This document shows positions 61,842 through 64,000 of a stretch of 64,000 bases of DNA, in pieces. Position 1 is the stretch's first letter, and the number at the start of each line of letters is the position of its first letter. The stretch comes from Azolla caroliniana (lineage: Eukaryota > Plantae > Polypodiophyta). The stretch is from positions 11,966,001-12,030,000 of the forward strand of contig JBHGNT010000016.1 in the NCBI GenBank assembly GCA_043228905.1, written 5' to 3'. The notes beneath the pieces are model-generated. The model searched no databases. It saw only the letters and a list, made by a program, of their open reading frames with translations, and was not told where the DNA came from. Both the position numbers and the translations under genes were made by a program.

Positions 61842-64000
61842 TGAAAGGGCTACACGCTCTCAAAAACAACACTCGGCCACAACCGAGTCTAGGATCAAAC
61901 ACAGAAAACGGGTAATGTACGCACGACACAATAAAGAGAAGAGTACACAAGATGTTTACGTGGAAAACCCAAACACAGGAAAAACCACGGCAGTCCACAG
62001 ACTACAAACTATCACTATGTTACAATATACAATAGATGAACACACAAGCAACGACCTCTTGTTCACTGTCTTCGCCACAGGCGGTGGTTACAACAGAGAC
62101 AACATCCCCTTCGTCTCTCACTCTCTCTCTCACGCACTGTACAGAGGTTGCACCAACAACAACGTCTCACAGCCACACTGTTTGCCCTAAGTCATATTTA
62201 TACTAATATGACTTTTCATCTATTTACAAAAATAGCCCCAGTGAGCTCTCTGGAACATATTTACATATATGTCCCTTCCATCCAATGAGAGGTTCTCACC
62301 GGGCCTGCAACATCCGGTTCTCACCAGGTCTTCCGTTGCCGGATATTCCACATCCGGTTCTCACTAGGTCTTCCGTTGCCGGGTACTCCACATCCGGTTC
62401 TCACCGGGTCTTCTCACTTCCCATCCGGAGGAACCTGTTTCCTAACAAACTCCCCCTTCACTCCGGCATGGGATGTCTTACTAGTCCGATCCGTTTCCGA
62501 CATGCATCCAGCTTATCGTGTATCAGTACTTTAGTCAGCATATCTGACCCGTTCTCGTCCGTGTGGATCTTCGTCAGCACGAACTCTCAATCTTCTACTC
62601 GCTCCCGGATCCAATGATACCTATGTTGGATATGCTTTGTCCTGGAGTGGTACGCTGCGTTCTTGGCAAGGTGGATGGCACTTTGACTGTCGCAATAGAG
62701 CCGGTATTCATCTTGCCGGATACCAAGCTCACTGATGAAGTCCTTCATCCATAATATTTCCTTGCTGGCTTCAACAGCCGCCATGTACTCCGCCTCCGTG
62801 GTTGACAACGCAACCGTCTTCTGCAGCCTCGACTGCCACGAAACAGCTCCCCCTGCATATGTCATTACATACCCGGATGTAGACCGGCTGGTATCCACAT
62901 CAGCCGACATGTCGTCAAGTTGAGGTTTACCGGAGCTGAATCAGAGACACATATTCGAAGTGCCCTTCAAGTATCGGAGTATCCATTTGACCGCGTTCTA
63001 GTGCTCCTTGCCAGGATTGCTCATAAACCGGCTCACCACTCCGACTGCGTATCCAATATCCGGTCGAGTACACACCATTGCGTACATCAAGCTCCCAATG
63101 GCAGAGGCATATGGAACCTTCACCATATCCACCTTCTCTGCTTTCTTCTTCAGGCTTTGCTTACCGGATAATCTGCAGTTTGTTGGAAGTGTCGATCTGA
63201 CCGGTTTTGCGTCTGACATGTTGAACCGTTGAAGCACCTTTGTCACGTACTTCTCTTGTGACAACCACAATTGCTTCTTTGGCCGGTCCCGGATGATATA
63301 CATCCCCAGCATCTGTCTTGCCGGACCCAAGTCTTTCATTGCGAAAGTTCGGTTGAGAGCCTTCTTCAATATCCGTATTTTGGCTTGGTCCCGTCCGACG
63401 ATCAACATGTCGTCCACGTACAGAAGGAGTATCAGGAAGTCGCCTCCTTTGAACTTCTTCACAAACACACAGTGATCGGCCTGCGTGTTGTGGTACCCTT
63501 GATCGGTCATGAAGGAGTCGAACTTCCGGTACCATTGTCGGGGAGCCTGCTTTAGTCCGTACAGGCTCTTCTTCAACCGGCAAACTAGGTGCTCCTTCCC
63601 TTTCTCCAGGAATCCTTCCGGTTGCTACATGTAGATCTCCTCTTCGAGGTCACCGTGAAGGAATGTCGTCTTCACGTCCAGTTGCTCTACCTCGAGGTCC
63701 ATGCTTGCCACTATACTCAGCACCGTCCGGATGGAGGTCATCTTTACTACCGGGGCAAATATCTCGTCGAAGTCCACGCCCTTCTTCTATTGGAACCCCT
63801 TTACCACGATCCTGGCTTTGTATCTCGGGGGGTTGCCGGCATCTCCCGGTTTCAACTTGTACACCCACTTGTTTTGGAGTGCCCGCTTTCCTTTTGGCAA
63901 CTCCACCAATTCATACGTATGGTTCTCATGCAGGGAATCCATCTCATCTTGCATGGCACTTAACCATTTGCAGCTATGGGTGTCACTTTTAGCTTCCTTG
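61842..64000 (-). mobile_element. Ty1/copia element 3' part (RT-RNase H, PPT, 3' LTR 61842-62447), running off the window
   Basis: QLDVKTTFLHG, LKKSLYGLKQAPRQWY, LLYVDDML, TEAEYMA, ADMLTK; PPT GGAGTGAAGGGGGAG at ~62450-62464; TG..CA LTR. Confidence 0.95.

Overview
Eukaryotic land-plant genomic DNA (TE lineages suggest a non-seed plant such as a fern; inferred, not proven). It is mostly nested, decayed transposons around one intact host gene, a 4-exon PMEI-pectin methylesterase (35355-39108). The TEs are a chromovirus, a non-chromoviral (Athila-like) Ty3, two young copies of an invertebrate-like Ty3 with ATAT target duplications, an L1 LINE, an RTE-X-like LINE, a complete pogo/Tigger element and several Ty1/copia remnants and solo LTRs. 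The main find is at 50.8-59.1 kb: an intron-containing pseudogene for a ~980-aa fusion of a ParB/Srx-like domain and a bacterial-type beta-class amino (m6A/m4C) DNA methyltransferase. Its putative first intron holds a 51-bp-period array of 33-bp palindromes with 18-bp spacers that occur in both orientations. The module has been tandemly duplicated, with the breakpoint at a hairpin tip of the array. A second unusual observation is an LTR family with tRNA-Arg-complementary sites next to both LTR ends and no polypurine tract. All calls were made by eye, without database searches.
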